Shown here one piece after another: positions 1 to 8,163 of a stretch of 33,555 bases of DNA. How positions within the stretch are numbered: the stretch's first letter is position 1; each line of letters begins with the position of its first letter. Under the pieces are notes generated by a model, which saw only the letters and a program-made list of their open reading frames with translations, searched no databases and was not told where the DNA came from. The translations under genes were made by a program, and so were the position numbers. Location of the stretch: assembly GCA_041740675.1 (NCBI GenBank), contig JBGSLN010000171.1, forward strand, positions 1 through 33,555. Direction: 5' to 3'. This stretch comes from Gammaproteobacteria bacterium. GTDB taxonomy: Bacteria > Pseudomonadota > Gammaproteobacteria > JBGSLN01.

Positions 1-113
1 AGGCTGATGCAAAAGGTATAACCGCGTATCAATTAGCTAAAGAAAAAGGCTACACAGCAATAGTTGAATTGTTGGATGATTATAAACCTACAAACGGACT
101 AGGCTATAATTAA
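1..113 (+). CDS. 3' end of ankyrin-repeat protein (partial, probably host)
   Basis: Frame from nt 3 reads ADAKGITAYQLAKEKGYTAIVELLDDYKPTNGLGYN*, matching the ankyrin pattern D..G.T.L..A...G...IV.LL. Confidence 0.8.
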   Translation, partial: ADAKGITAYQLAKEKGYTAIVELLDDYKPTNGLGYN

Positions 114-132
114 AACTTTTTAATCTTGCATG

Positions 133-166
133 ACCTCTGGATAGTCTGTGATGACTGCCCAGAGGT
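133..166 (+). terminator. Hairpin after ankyrin gene, possible terminator or stabiliser
   Basis: ACCTCTGGATAGTC-TGTGAT-GACTGCCCAGAGGT: 14-bp stem with one mismatch and one G-U pair; no strong U-tract. Confidence 0.45.
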
Positions 167-238
167 TGGCATTTGCGTATGTTTGACTAAGATAATCTAT
201 AATTTCTATATATTCTAACGTTAATAAGTGAGGTTATT

Positions 239-646
239 ATGAAAAAGCGGTTTCTTTTTTTGCTACCAACATTGAGTTTTTTTGCGGCAGCCTCCTTTGC
301 GAGTACTGTATGGGTATGTCCTAATCCAACGAAAGATGTAAGAACTGGACAATGGGTGTCGCCTGCAGATGCATATCCAGGTTGGTTATTTGCAGGCAAT
401 AATCCGCCTCCAGTAGGTACGCCTGTTCCAAATCAATGGGATATGATCACACTTGCTTGGAACGATCCTGCGACTAGCATGAGTCTTATATGTCAAAGTT
501 TCTCCATTTCGCCATCCGTTGGCTACCAATATTTTGGAAATGATATAAAAGGCAATTGTACGCTGAATGGGGTTCCTCTTACATCGTCTCAAGAATATAT
601 TATATGCCATGGCACGAGTGAAGAATGCAAAGTAGTTTGTAACTAA
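239..646 (+). CDS. Secreted Cys-rich protein, DUF3757-like
   Basis: RBS GAGG; signal peptide MKKRFLFLLPTLSFFAAASFA; CP near the mature N-terminus and C-terminal C..C.V.C. Family call is by resemblance only. Confidence 0.6.
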   Translation: MKKRFLFLLPTLSFFAAASFASTVWVCPNPTKDVRTGQWVSPADAYPGWLFAGNNPPPVGTPVPNQWDMITLAWNDPATSMSLICQSFSISPSVGYQYFGNDIKGNCTLNGVPLTSSQEYIICHGTSEECKVVCN

Positions 647-664
647 ATTTATTCTTATTAATTA

Positions 665-693
665 AATATCCCACTGCCTTACAGCGGGATATT
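665..693. terminator. Probable bidirectional intrinsic terminator
   Basis: AATATCCCACTG-CCTTA-CAGCGGGATATT inverted repeat between convergent genes. Confidence 0.65.
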
Positions 694-812
694 GTTATAC
701 CCTCTCATTAGTTTTGATTTCCAGTAAATTTAACTATCCCCCACTTCACCGCCTCCTCACATTGCTCAGGAACTTTTAAGTTAGAAATAGACTTTGAATA
801 AAAAGATAGTTA

Positions 813-1199
813 CTATGTTTTTACGTGATAAATAAAATCGATGGCCCATCCTGCGATGGCTAAAATAAATAAAATTAAAGGCCAATATTCATTAATATTG
901 CTCAATATGACGGATAATTGTCGTGATTCTAGCGTTTTAATTTTATCTTTATGGTCAACTGAGACTTCAAATAATTTATCAGATTTTTCAATAATATCGA
1001 TAATCTTATTTTCTAATCCATTAATCCGATGGCTAAAATCTCTAGATGATTTGATAAACTCTAACACCTCCTCTAATTTCTCTGAGGAATGTGCGTGGTG
1101 ATCAACTAACCTGTTAATCTTGATGGTCATATCGCTTAGACAATCTTTAATAGACAAGATTTGCTCTTCATGACGGGACACTATTGCTTCGAGTTGCAT
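813..1199 (-). CDS. Coiled-coil protein with C-terminal TM helix, lysis-associated (holin/XhlA-like)
   Basis: Heptad-rich N-terminus, TM segment YWPLILFILAIAGWAIDFIY; last gene of the lysis cassette. Confidence 0.55.
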   Translation of the reverse strand: MQLEAIVSRHEEQILSIKDCLSDMTIKINRLVDHHAHSSEKLEEVLEFIKSSRDFSHRINGLENKIIDIIEKSDKLFEVSVDHKDKIKTLESRQLSVILSNINEYWPLILFILAIAGWAIDFIYHVKT

Positions 1200-1354
1200 A
1201 TAAATTCTAATGTGCTGATTAAATAATTTAATTGGTTTTCTAAGTGAGATTGTGATTTTAACGCTAATTCTAAATGCTGTTTCATTGTATTCACTTGCCT
1301 AATTAACTGTTTTATTTCTTTGTCTTGCTCTTCTATCGCTTTTTCTAAATCCAT
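1181..1354 (-). CDS. 57-aa coiled-coil protein (not in ORF track)
   Basis: MDLEKAIEEQDKEIKQLIRQVNTMKQHLELALKSQSHLENQLNYLISTLEFICNSKQ*; starts 5 nt after the holin stop and overlaps the next gene start. Confidence 0.7.
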   Translation of the reverse strand: MDLEKAIEEQDKEIKQLIRQVNTMKQHLELALKSQSHLENQLNYLISTLEFICNSKQ

Positions 1355-1359
1355 TCATA

Positions 1360-1767
1360 CTACTTACCATTGATGGACAATTTTTTGTCATAAGAACGAT
1401 ATGCCCCATATCCTAAATAGCCAGTCCCAAATAGCATCCATAAATCAGTGGGAATAGCCGTTAGCCACCCTTGAAACCCTGCTGTAATAGACGCTGATAA
1501 TTGAGGGTCTGTCGCATGTAATATTCCCATGGGAATTGCAGATAAAATAATAAGATACATGACGTATAAAAAGGCTGGGCGTGCTCGAGCGGTTATTTTA
1601 TCTTCGCTTTTAGCTTCCGTAGTAATCGCCGAATAGCGTAATTCATCCGCTTTAAACGCACCTTGATTTTGAAGCTCCAGTAGCTGTAACTCATATTTTT
1701 GTCGCTCATTCTTATCTGGGAATAACTTGTCTAAAATCGTTTTGCCAATTGAAAGAATGTCTAACAT
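1360..1767 (-). CDS. Holin, GTA 3TM-holin family
   Basis: G..ILDKLFPD start, AI..EA.S, RARPAFLY, LW.L...YLGY...RSYDK motifs; adjacent to lysozyme. Confidence 0.85.
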   Translation of the reverse strand: MLDILSIGKTILDKLFPDKNERQKYELQLLELQNQGAFKADELRYSAITTEAKSEDKITARARPAFLYVMYLIILSAIPMGILHATDPQLSASITAGFQGWLTAIPTDLWMLFGTGYLGYGAYRSYDKKLSINGK

Positions 1768-1768
1768 T

Positions 1769-2224
1769 TTAATCCCTTAGTAAAAATAAAATCTTTTCAC
1801 GTTCACGACGCTTGGTTAAACCCAAAACCTCTTTATATTGCTTATTATGCGTGTCAAACATCTTATTCCATCGTTTAAATTCATTAGCGGCTTCAATAAA
1901 CTTACCTTGATTTATAAACTTCAACATCGTAGAGGTCTTAAACTTAGTACAGCCAATATTAAAAACAAACGAAACTAACGCATCAAATTGATTCTGAGTA
2001 AGTTTAGTTTTAACCATTAAATTCACGCATATTTCAGCGGATTTTAAATCTTTTACTAATAAATCCTCAGCGTCAGAAGCAGAAATTACCTCTAAATCTT
2101 CTGTATTGCCTATTAAATGCCCATAGCCAATGGTAGGAAACCCAGCACTATCAAAGTACTTATCTAGACGTAACCCTTCTGCTTCCTTGACTAAATCAAT
2201 TCCAGCTTTGCTTACTTTCATCAT
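1769..2224 (-). CDS. Endolysin, GH24 phage lysozyme
   Basis: EGLRL..Y.D..G..TIGYGH catalytic motif, QNQFDALVSF.FN.G, GL..RR..E; start at MMKVSK after GGAG. Confidence 0.95.
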   Translation of the reverse strand: MMKVSKAGIDLVKEAEGLRLDKYFDSAGFPTIGYGHLIGNTEDLEVISASDAEDLLVKDLKSAEICVNLMVKTKLTQNQFDALVSFVFNIGCTKFKTSTMLKFINQGKFIEAANEFKRWNKMFDTHNKQYKEVLGLTKRREREKILFLLRD

Positions 2225-2234
2225 AAGATTCTCC

Positions 2235-2254
2235 ACGCCCATTTCGGGCGTTTT
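2235..2254 (+). terminator. GC hairpin abutting the endolysin RBS
   Basis: ACGCCC-ATTTC-GGGCGT followed by T-run on +; on - it lies immediately 5' of GGAG. Confidence 0.5.
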
Positions 2255-2268
2255 GAATTAAATTAAAA

Positions 2269-2364
2269 TTATAATGCGCTAAGAACAATGTAATTACCCA
2301 CTTCAGGAGTTGTAGAGTTAGTTGCTGCGCGGTCTAAATATAATCCAGATGAATCGAAAGCCAT
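2269..2364 (-). CDS. 31-aa small ORF upstream of the lysis genes (not in ORF track)
   Basis: MAFDSSGLYLDRAATNSTTPEVGNYIVLSAL* with RBS GAGGG 7 nt upstream. Confidence 0.5.
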   Translation of the reverse strand: MAFDSSGLYLDRAATNSTTPEVGNYIVLSAL

Positions 2365-2396
2365 GGTGTTACCCTCATTTTTTGTTATTAAATTAA

Positions 2397-2439
2397 ATTA
2401 TACATTCTATTTTTGATAATATCTAGAAACAATATTATC
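2397..2439 (-). promoter_or_regulatory. Putative sigma70 promoter for lysis genes with overlapping inverted repeat
   Basis: TAGATA-N17-TATAAT (2425-2397); GATAATAT-N9-ATATTATC at 2415-2439. Confidence 0.5.
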
Positions 2440-2489
2440 TACTTTTTGACAATATTTTGTTTCTTTGGTAGTGGTTTTAATTTTATTTT

Positions 2490-3566
2490 TTAAACTTCAT
2501 ATGTTAAAACTGTCCAAATTATATAATTAGCTGCTACTAATACATCCGATGCAACGCCGGCTGGAGTGCTTGCAACAAAGTTCATACTCGAAGTATTTCT
2601 TAAGCCTTGAGACACTAATGTTGTGGCAGACGCGGGAAGCGAAACAAGGTCAATTCTAGCGGAGCCTACGGGATTATAAGTATTTACGTTTTTTACCGTA
2701 TAAGGCAATGCGCCTACACGCAAAGAACCAGCTGCGCCAGAAAGCGAGCCAACCACATAAATTTGCACAATTATTTGATTTCCGTTGCGAGTGTAACGTC
2801 CTTCTCGTGCAGAATAACTTGGGGTACCAGCTGTTGTTCCTCCAAAAACGGTTGGAGAAAAAGTACTTTCTTCGTTTAAACTTAAAGTTCTCCACGCATT
2901 TGTTCCTGTTTTTTGAATAGTAATTATAGCGCTAGCTCGAACTACGGCAGTAAATCCTGTAAGTGTAACGCCGCCAGCTGGAGAAACGGTTAAAAAAACT
3001 AAAGGGTCAGCTGCGTTTCCGGTATATATTATTTGAATAATAGTTCCGATTGGAATAGCTGTTGTGGCGTTGGCAGGAATTGTGATAGTTGCCGATGAAG
3101 TAGTTGTCATTAAAATAGTAGAATTAACATCAGTTAACAATAATGTGCGAGCTGTTGTATTGTCTGTAATTATTTGTCGATAAATATTAGACTGGCTTAA
3201 CGTTATTGTTCGATTTGCACTTAAGTCTCCGCCTCCTGTTAATAATCCGGCTGCCGATATTGTAGTTGCTGTAGAAGCTTTACCTGTAAATTGGGTTTGT
3301 ATCGCACTTGTTACGCCTACTAAATAACTTAATTCTGTTGGCGTAACATTCGATGTTTCTAATTGATTGGATGCATTAATGTACGGAACGCGTGACTGTG
3401 TTAAAGACGAATAAGTGATAGTTGTGTTTTGAATAGTCCCGCCGGTAACAGCTATAGTATTAGCGTTTTGGGTAGCCATAGTCCCGCACGCTAAATTAGT
3501 GCGCGTAGTTGAAGCGGCTGTAACATCAACATTGCTAAAGTTATTAACTGAATTATTAATAGCCAT
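2490..3566 (-). CDS. Fibre/receptor-binding protein, 358 aa
   Basis: Start MAINNSVNN; phage fibre motifs TELSYL.GVTS.IQTQ, GLLTGGGDLSANRT, TITIP..AT.AIPIGT, and a C-terminal EE.TF.PT...GRYTR.GN domain. Confidence 0.75.
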   Translation of the reverse strand: MAINNSVNNFSNVDVTAASTTRTNLACGTMATQNANTIAVTGGTIQNTTITYSSLTQSRVPYINASNQLETSNVTPTELSYLVGVTSAIQTQFTGKASTATTISAAGLLTGGGDLSANRTITLSQSNIYRQIITDNTTARTLLLTDVNSTILMTTTSSATITIPANATTAIPIGTIIQIIYTGNAADPLVFLTVSPAGGVTLTGFTAVVRASAIITIQKTGTNAWRTLSLNEESTFSPTVFGGTTAGTPSYSAREGRYTRNGNQIIVQIYVVGSLSGAAGSLRVGALPYTVKNVNTYNPVGSARIDLVSLPASATTLVSQGLRNTSSMNFVASTPAGVASDVLVAANYIIWTVLTYEV

Positions 3567-3568
3567 TT

Positions 3569-3961
3569 TTATGCATTCCAAGTCACTGTTTTAGAAAATA
3601 TTTGTAAACTCGTGCCATTTAAATTAATTCCCGTTGAATTTTTAATATTTATAGTGCCATCTGTGTTTACAATAAATTGCGCGGTTATAACGGTGCCTGA
3701 TAAATTTACAAATCCGTGATCTATAGTTTGAACAGCTGGCCTTAAACCAGAAGGAACTCCAGCTCCATCGAGCGTAATATTAAGATTAGCATTTTGTGTA
3801 GTTGTTTGAGAAGCAAATGCGGGAAATTGAAGCGTAACTATTCTTCCAATACTTGTTAATTTAGTTGTAGTGCTCGGAAATGAAAAAGGTCCCCACGTTG
3901 CTAAAACATTTGTGTAATCAAAAACGCGATAAGCTCCATTAATAGAGTTATTAATAGCCAT
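3569..3961 (-). CDS. Small fibre-tip/RBP-head-like protein
   Basis: Start MAINNSING; IGRIVTLQ...P.GLRP...V..DG.I beta-sandwich pattern typical of fibre C-termini. Confidence 0.6.
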   Translation of the reverse strand: MAINNSINGAYRVFDYTNVLATWGPFSFPSTTTKLTSIGRIVTLQFPAFASQTTTQNANLNITLDGAGVPSGLRPAVQTIDHGFVNLSGTVITAQFIVNTDGTINIKNSTGINLNGTSLQIFSKTVTWNA

Positions 3962-3977
3962 AATAAAATCCTCTTTT

Positions 3978-5708
3978 TTATAATAAGTCTAAGTTACCGA
4001 TAGCATTCACTATCTTAAAAGTTGTATTAGCTACAATACACACTAAAAAAGCATCGTCGTATCGATTAGTTGATGCCACGTAACCTCCGGCTCCTGTTGT
4101 GGTCACGGCATTTCCAAGGCGTATACTTTGGCCTGAATTTTGTGCGACTCTCCAACCGCCTGCACCAAACCCTTGTATTGAAAATTTATCACCCACAGCA
4201 GCGGTTGCTGGCAATGTAAGAGTAACAAAAGCTGCGTTGTCTGTAATATAACCGTTATTAACTGCCATTGCTTGAGACGTGCCAGTTACTGTGGTCCAAG
4301 TGTTTAGTGCGCCGACTAATTCAGCGTCAATACCTTCTAAATGTCCTTTTACAGAAACGTTTGTTGGCGTGTAATTTACTGGAATATAATTAGCATCGAC
4401 AGCATCAGATACCGTCAATAAATTTAATGCCGCTGAATTAAGAAGAGTTGCTCCATTTGTTGGATAGCTTGCCGAATCAAGGTTAACTGTTAAGCTGCCA
4501 TCTGCTGTTAATTCATAAATACTATTGTTAGTAAGTGTATAACTCGATACAACAACGCCAGTTTTTGTAAAAGATAATTGATCATAAATTTTAGTGTTTG
4601 ATATTTCATATACAGAACCATAAGAAACGTTACTAAATGTTAAGTTATTAAAAGCAGAATTATTAATAAAAACACGGTCGGTATTATTAAATGTAATATC
4701 TAATAAAATAGCAGTCGGAGTAGAAGCATTAACTGCCGTGTAATTATCATTATTACTAAAATATATCGAAAGCTCTCCACCAAGGGGATTATTAAAAGTA
4801 ACAGTTTTGGTAGGTGATTTATAAGGCAAGCAATCAATAAAGTTTACCCACATTCCTGCGCCGCCTGCAACAAAATCAATATCCTGCGATTCGGCAAAAT
4901 GAAGATTAAGTCCTTGCGCTACAAATTGAGAAATTCCCGAAGTCCCAAATGGGCTGACAGGGGTAATAATATCTGCTGTCGTAAAATTAATTGTCGGTCT
5001 TCCTACGCCAATCAAATTTACCCACGGACGAATAGTCATTGCAGTGGACTGGGTATAATCCCCCTCAGTCATTATAATTGCAATCGGATTAGTAACCGAA
5101 GGTGATAAAGTAGCCGCGTAAGCAACCGCATAGTTGTATGATGCAAAAGGATTGTTATAACTTCCATCTCCTAAGCGTCCGGTAGGAGGATCGTCGTCGA
5201 TACCATTTTTAGAAACATAAATTAATTTAGAGGGGGGGTTATCTAAATTAGCTCCGTTAATTAAATAGTATTTGTTGCCACCCGATTCAGCAATTTTTTC
5301 TAATATTGCAACTTGGCCTGGCTTTAAACTATGTGTTTGGCCTGGAGTAGTTAAATTAATTACAGTGGGGTCACCGTTAGTTTTAATGTTTACAAATGAA
5401 GCCCCCGGATCAACAATTATCTTTGTCTTCCATCCAATAGGGGTAGTTAAACCGCCGTTGTCAAAATTAAAAATATCAATTGGTGTTGGGTTTACGCAGT
5501 AAATAACATTATTTAAATCTATATCTTTGCTAATTGAAAAACTGGCAGCTATAGTTCTAAATGTTTCAATAGAATTTACTTTATTATTTAGCGCTGTTTG
5601 TAATCCGGTTACTTGTGATAAACCGGCTAATTGTGCGTCCGAATTAACTTGCGCTAAAGTTACTTTTGTCGCAATGGATGCTTCTGTTGCTTGTGTCATT
5701 ATTGGCAT
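3978..5708 (-). CDS. Large fibre/spike protein with probable beta-helix, 576 aa
   Basis: RBS AGGA before MPIMTQ; QVTGLQTAL fibre motif; IYVSKNG.D...GDGS..NPF motif preceding an Asn-rich beta region; C-terminal W..VTGTSQAMAVNNGY..LTLP..AAVGD domain. Confidence 0.7.
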   Translation of the reverse strand: MPIMTQATEASIATKVTLAQVNSDAQLAGLSQVTGLQTALNNKVNSIETFRTIAASFSISKDIDLNNVIYCVNPTPIDIFNFDNGGLTTPIGWKTKIIVDPGASFVNIKTNGDPTVINLTTPGQTHSLKPGQVAILEKIAESGGNKYYLINGANLDNPPSKLIYVSKNGIDDDPPTGRLGDGSYNNPFASYNYAVAYAATLSPSVTNPIAIIMTEGDYTQSTAMTIRPWVNLIGVGRPTINFTTADIITPVSPFGTSGISQFVAQGLNLHFAESQDIDFVAGGAGMWVNFIDCLPYKSPTKTVTFNNPLGGELSIYFSNNDNYTAVNASTPTAILLDITFNNTDRVFINNSAFNNLTFSNVSYGSVYEISNTKIYDQLSFTKTGVVVSSYTLTNNSIYELTADGSLTVNLDSASYPTNGATLLNSAALNLLTVSDAVDANYIPVNYTPTNVSVKGHLEGIDAELVGALNTWTTVTGTSQAMAVNNGYITDNAAFVTLTLPATAAVGDKFSIQGFGAGGWRVAQNSGQSIRLGNAVTTTGAGGYVASTNRYDDAFLVCIVANTTFKIVNAIGNLDLL

Positions 5709-5722
5709 TTTAAAGATTCCTA

Positions 5723-6298
5723 TTAAGTTGTCCAAATATCTTCATTTTCATCGGCCCATTCATCTCCAAATTCATCATACCAAGCTTCTGAAATAGGCGG
5801 GGTAGGATTGCTTGCTGAAGAACATGTGATTACTGTGAGCTCATTAATATCGGCCGTGATTGCTATATTAAAATCTGTTTCTGAAAAGCCAGGAATAATT
5901 ACCCCGGTTGATGCACTTTTAATTGTGCCGTTTAAATTTGATGCGAAGCATTTTTGCCTAGATACTGAATTTTCATTTTCGTTTTTAACAAAAAAATCAC
6001 CGCATTTAAAAATTGTTACCGCTGTTCCTGAAGCAATAAATAAAGATGATTTTCCTAAATATTCATTTATAACAGCCAGCTGTTCTCGAGCAACAAAGCC
6101 ATCAGGCTTGCCTTCTCCAAAATTATTTACAATTCTACCGTTTTCATAAATCCAAACAAATCTTCCAGCATAAATTCCGTCTGTTCCAACAATATAAGCA
6201 TCCTCTACTCCTGGATAGGTAATTCTTGGGTTATCTGTTGCTATATCACCTGTAACAGCGGGCGCTTGTTGGATATTTATTTCAGTTTGAAACGACAT
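5723..6298 (-). CDS. Second capsid decoration/cement paralog with acidic Trp-rich tail
   Basis: Aligns by eye with 20720-21214 over nearly its full length (FQT....QQAPA..GD..T.NP..TYP, GTDG...GRFVW, ARE, G.I.GF.ETD). Confidence 0.85.
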   Translation of the reverse strand: MSFQTEINIQQAPAVTGDIATDNPRITYPGVEDAYIVGTDGIYAGRFVWIYENGRIVNNFGEGKPDGFVAREQLAVINEYLGKSSLFIASGTAVTIFKCGDFFVKNENENSVSRQKCFASNLNGTIKSASTGVIIPGFSETDFNIAITADINELTVITCSSASNPTPPISEAWYDEFGDEWADENEDIWTT

Positions 6299-6309
6299 AA
6301 TTGTTATTC

Positions 6310-7482
6310 TTAATTTGCTATTGCTGTAATATTCAAAAATTCAATTTGTACGGTTGCGCCACTTGCAATGGATTCTATGGCAAATAACTCAATGGTATCG
6401 CCCGCGGATAACGGCGCACCTGCATTTAATTGAAGAGGTAATGTCCCGCTGTTCACAAATGTTAATGAGTCTTGTCCAATTGAAGCTCCCCCATTGACCC
6501 TTAAATATAATTCGATAGTATCTGGACTTACTGTCGATACTACTATTTTTGTTGCAACGTTAATTTGATATTGCCCATTAAATGGAATAACAATTAAATT
6601 TGAAACAATCCAAGGTTGGCCTGATGCTTGTACTAGGTTTACTAAACCACCCCCTGTACCAACTGCCGTAGCTGCGCCATTGCCCAAAGCAAAATAATTG
6701 TTACTACCAACATTAGGTCTTTTTGCGTAAGTTGCCGCGGCTTCCGGTTTATTTAAATAATAAAATGCTAAATCTTGTATATTTACTCCATTGTAAACAC
6801 TGATTATAGTGTTTCCGCCGGGTAATAATGTGCTTGTTGGGCTACTAATGTTGTTAGTTTTAAAAATAACATTAACAGGCAATCCATTTGTAATCCGATA
6901 ATTTTTAGAAAAAATCTCTGGTACAATTAATGTAAGAGGAGCAGTTAATGTTACTCCTGAGCCTTGTTCTAATATAAAAATATCGTAAGCCGCTTGATTA
7001 ACTGTAAGCTCAACTTCTGTTGTTCCAGATGTAGGTATTGTTATAAGAAAAAAACCAGGAACGCTATCAGGAACCCAGCCAGCCGATGTTGAATTATTAT
7101 CAGGATCCGTGTCATTTCCATCTACTAAATTAATCCAATATCCTTGTTTGTCTGCGCGTAATATTCTTGCACCGATTGGATATCCTGTGATAAACGGATT
7201 AGAATTGTTTATATCTGCTGCATTATAAGTAAATCCCCCGCCTACTCCCTGCCAAGTAGACATAGCAGAAATTTCAAATAAAATTCCATTCATGTCTTGT
7301 CCTTCTGGTGGTCGACCAGTCGCTGGAGTATTAGGCATTGTTAAAGGAGGAAAACCCTTTTCATAAGATGCTTTTTGAGGATTTAAAGGGTCTGAGTTTA
7401 TCTCAGGAATTGGGTTAATATATCCCGCAGGCTCAGTATAGCAAAAAGGGTTTTTTATTTGTTTAACTATTGGAACGGTCAT
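6310..7482 (-). CDS. Tail fibre protein (baseplate-anchored)
   Basis: N-terminal PIP...ASY..GFPPLTM....PP.GQDMNGIL..IS and GYP.GA motifs typical of these myovirus fibres; follows baseplate genes. Confidence 0.85.
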   Translation of the reverse strand: MTVPIVKQIKNPFCYTEPAGYINPIPEINSDPLNPQKASYEKGFPPLTMPNTPATGRPPEGQDMNGILFEISAMSTWQGVGGGFTYNAADINNSNPFITGYPIGARILRADKQGYWINLVDGNDTDPDNNSTSAGWVPDSVPGFFLITIPTSGTTEVELTVNQAAYDIFILEQGSGVTLTAPLTLIVPEIFSKNYRITNGLPVNVIFKTNNISSPTSTLLPGGNTIISVYNGVNIQDLAFYYLNKPEAAATYAKRPNVGSNNYFALGNGAATAVGTGGGLVNLVQASGQPWIVSNLIVIPFNGQYQINVATKIVVSTVSPDTIELYLRVNGGASIGQDSLTFVNSGTLPLQLNAGAPLSAGDTIELFAIESIASGATVQIEFLNITAIAN

Positions 7483-7491
7483 TATCTTCCC

Positions 7492-8163
7492 TTAATTATT
7501 TTGATTATTAAAAACTGAAACATTAAATGGCCACGGGAAGTTTTCACTTTCTATTGGCTCATGCTCAGATTGGAACCCAAAGATTCTACCTTCGTCGTAT
7601 GTTACTAATACACCTGCGGGGACTGGCATAATACCGCTTTGATATATTATAGCATACTCTATAGGCGTAATGGTAATATTAAATATGTATCTTATGGTCA
7701 TATTGAACCCATCTACGACATAAACCGACCCTTCCCCAAATAAAAAACTTAATATAAAATTAAATGTTTTTATTGTAGGCCTTGATATATTTGCATAGGC
7801 TTTTGCAAGCAGCATTTTTCGATAGGTTTCATCATCTACTCTTATTGTTGGGGTAGAATCAAACCCATTGAAAAATGGAGCCACATTAAAAGGTGTATAA
7901 ACTTGGCCTTCATCATCATAATTTTCATTAAAGAAACCAAAATATTCTTTTTCTGAAACTACGTATAACAACCTGGAAATTCCTATTATTTGCCCCCAAA
8001 TATCTAAACCAAATCCTATTGCTGTTTCTATGTTCCAAATGTAGCGATAAAACTCATCAATGTTTATGGTCGGATCGATATTATTGTTCCAGTTATTTAT
8101 AACTTGCATCATAATGGACGAATTAGCATATTGGCTTAATATGGTTTGGTTTAAATTTTCCAT
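7492..8163 (-). CDS. Baseplate wedge protein (DUF2612)
   Basis: TILSQYANS, WNIETA.GFGLDIWG.IIG.SR, DD..YR..L.AKA..N motifs. Confidence 0.85.
   Translation of the reverse strand: MENLNQTILSQYANSSIMMQVINNWNNNIDPTINIDEFYRYIWNIETAIGFGLDIWGQIIGISRLLYVVSEKEYFGFFNENYDDEGQVYTPFNVAPFFNGFDSTPTIRVDDETYRKMLLAKAYANISRPTIKTFNFILSFLFGEGSVYVVDGFNMTIRYIFNITITPIEYAIIYQSGIMPVPAGVLVTYDEGRIFGFQSEHEPIESENFPWPFNVSVFNNQNN

Noticed and set aside
2490-7482. Diversity-generating retroelement or invertible fibre cassette
   Set aside because: No reverse transcriptase, invertase, TR/VR pair or inverted cassettes were seen.
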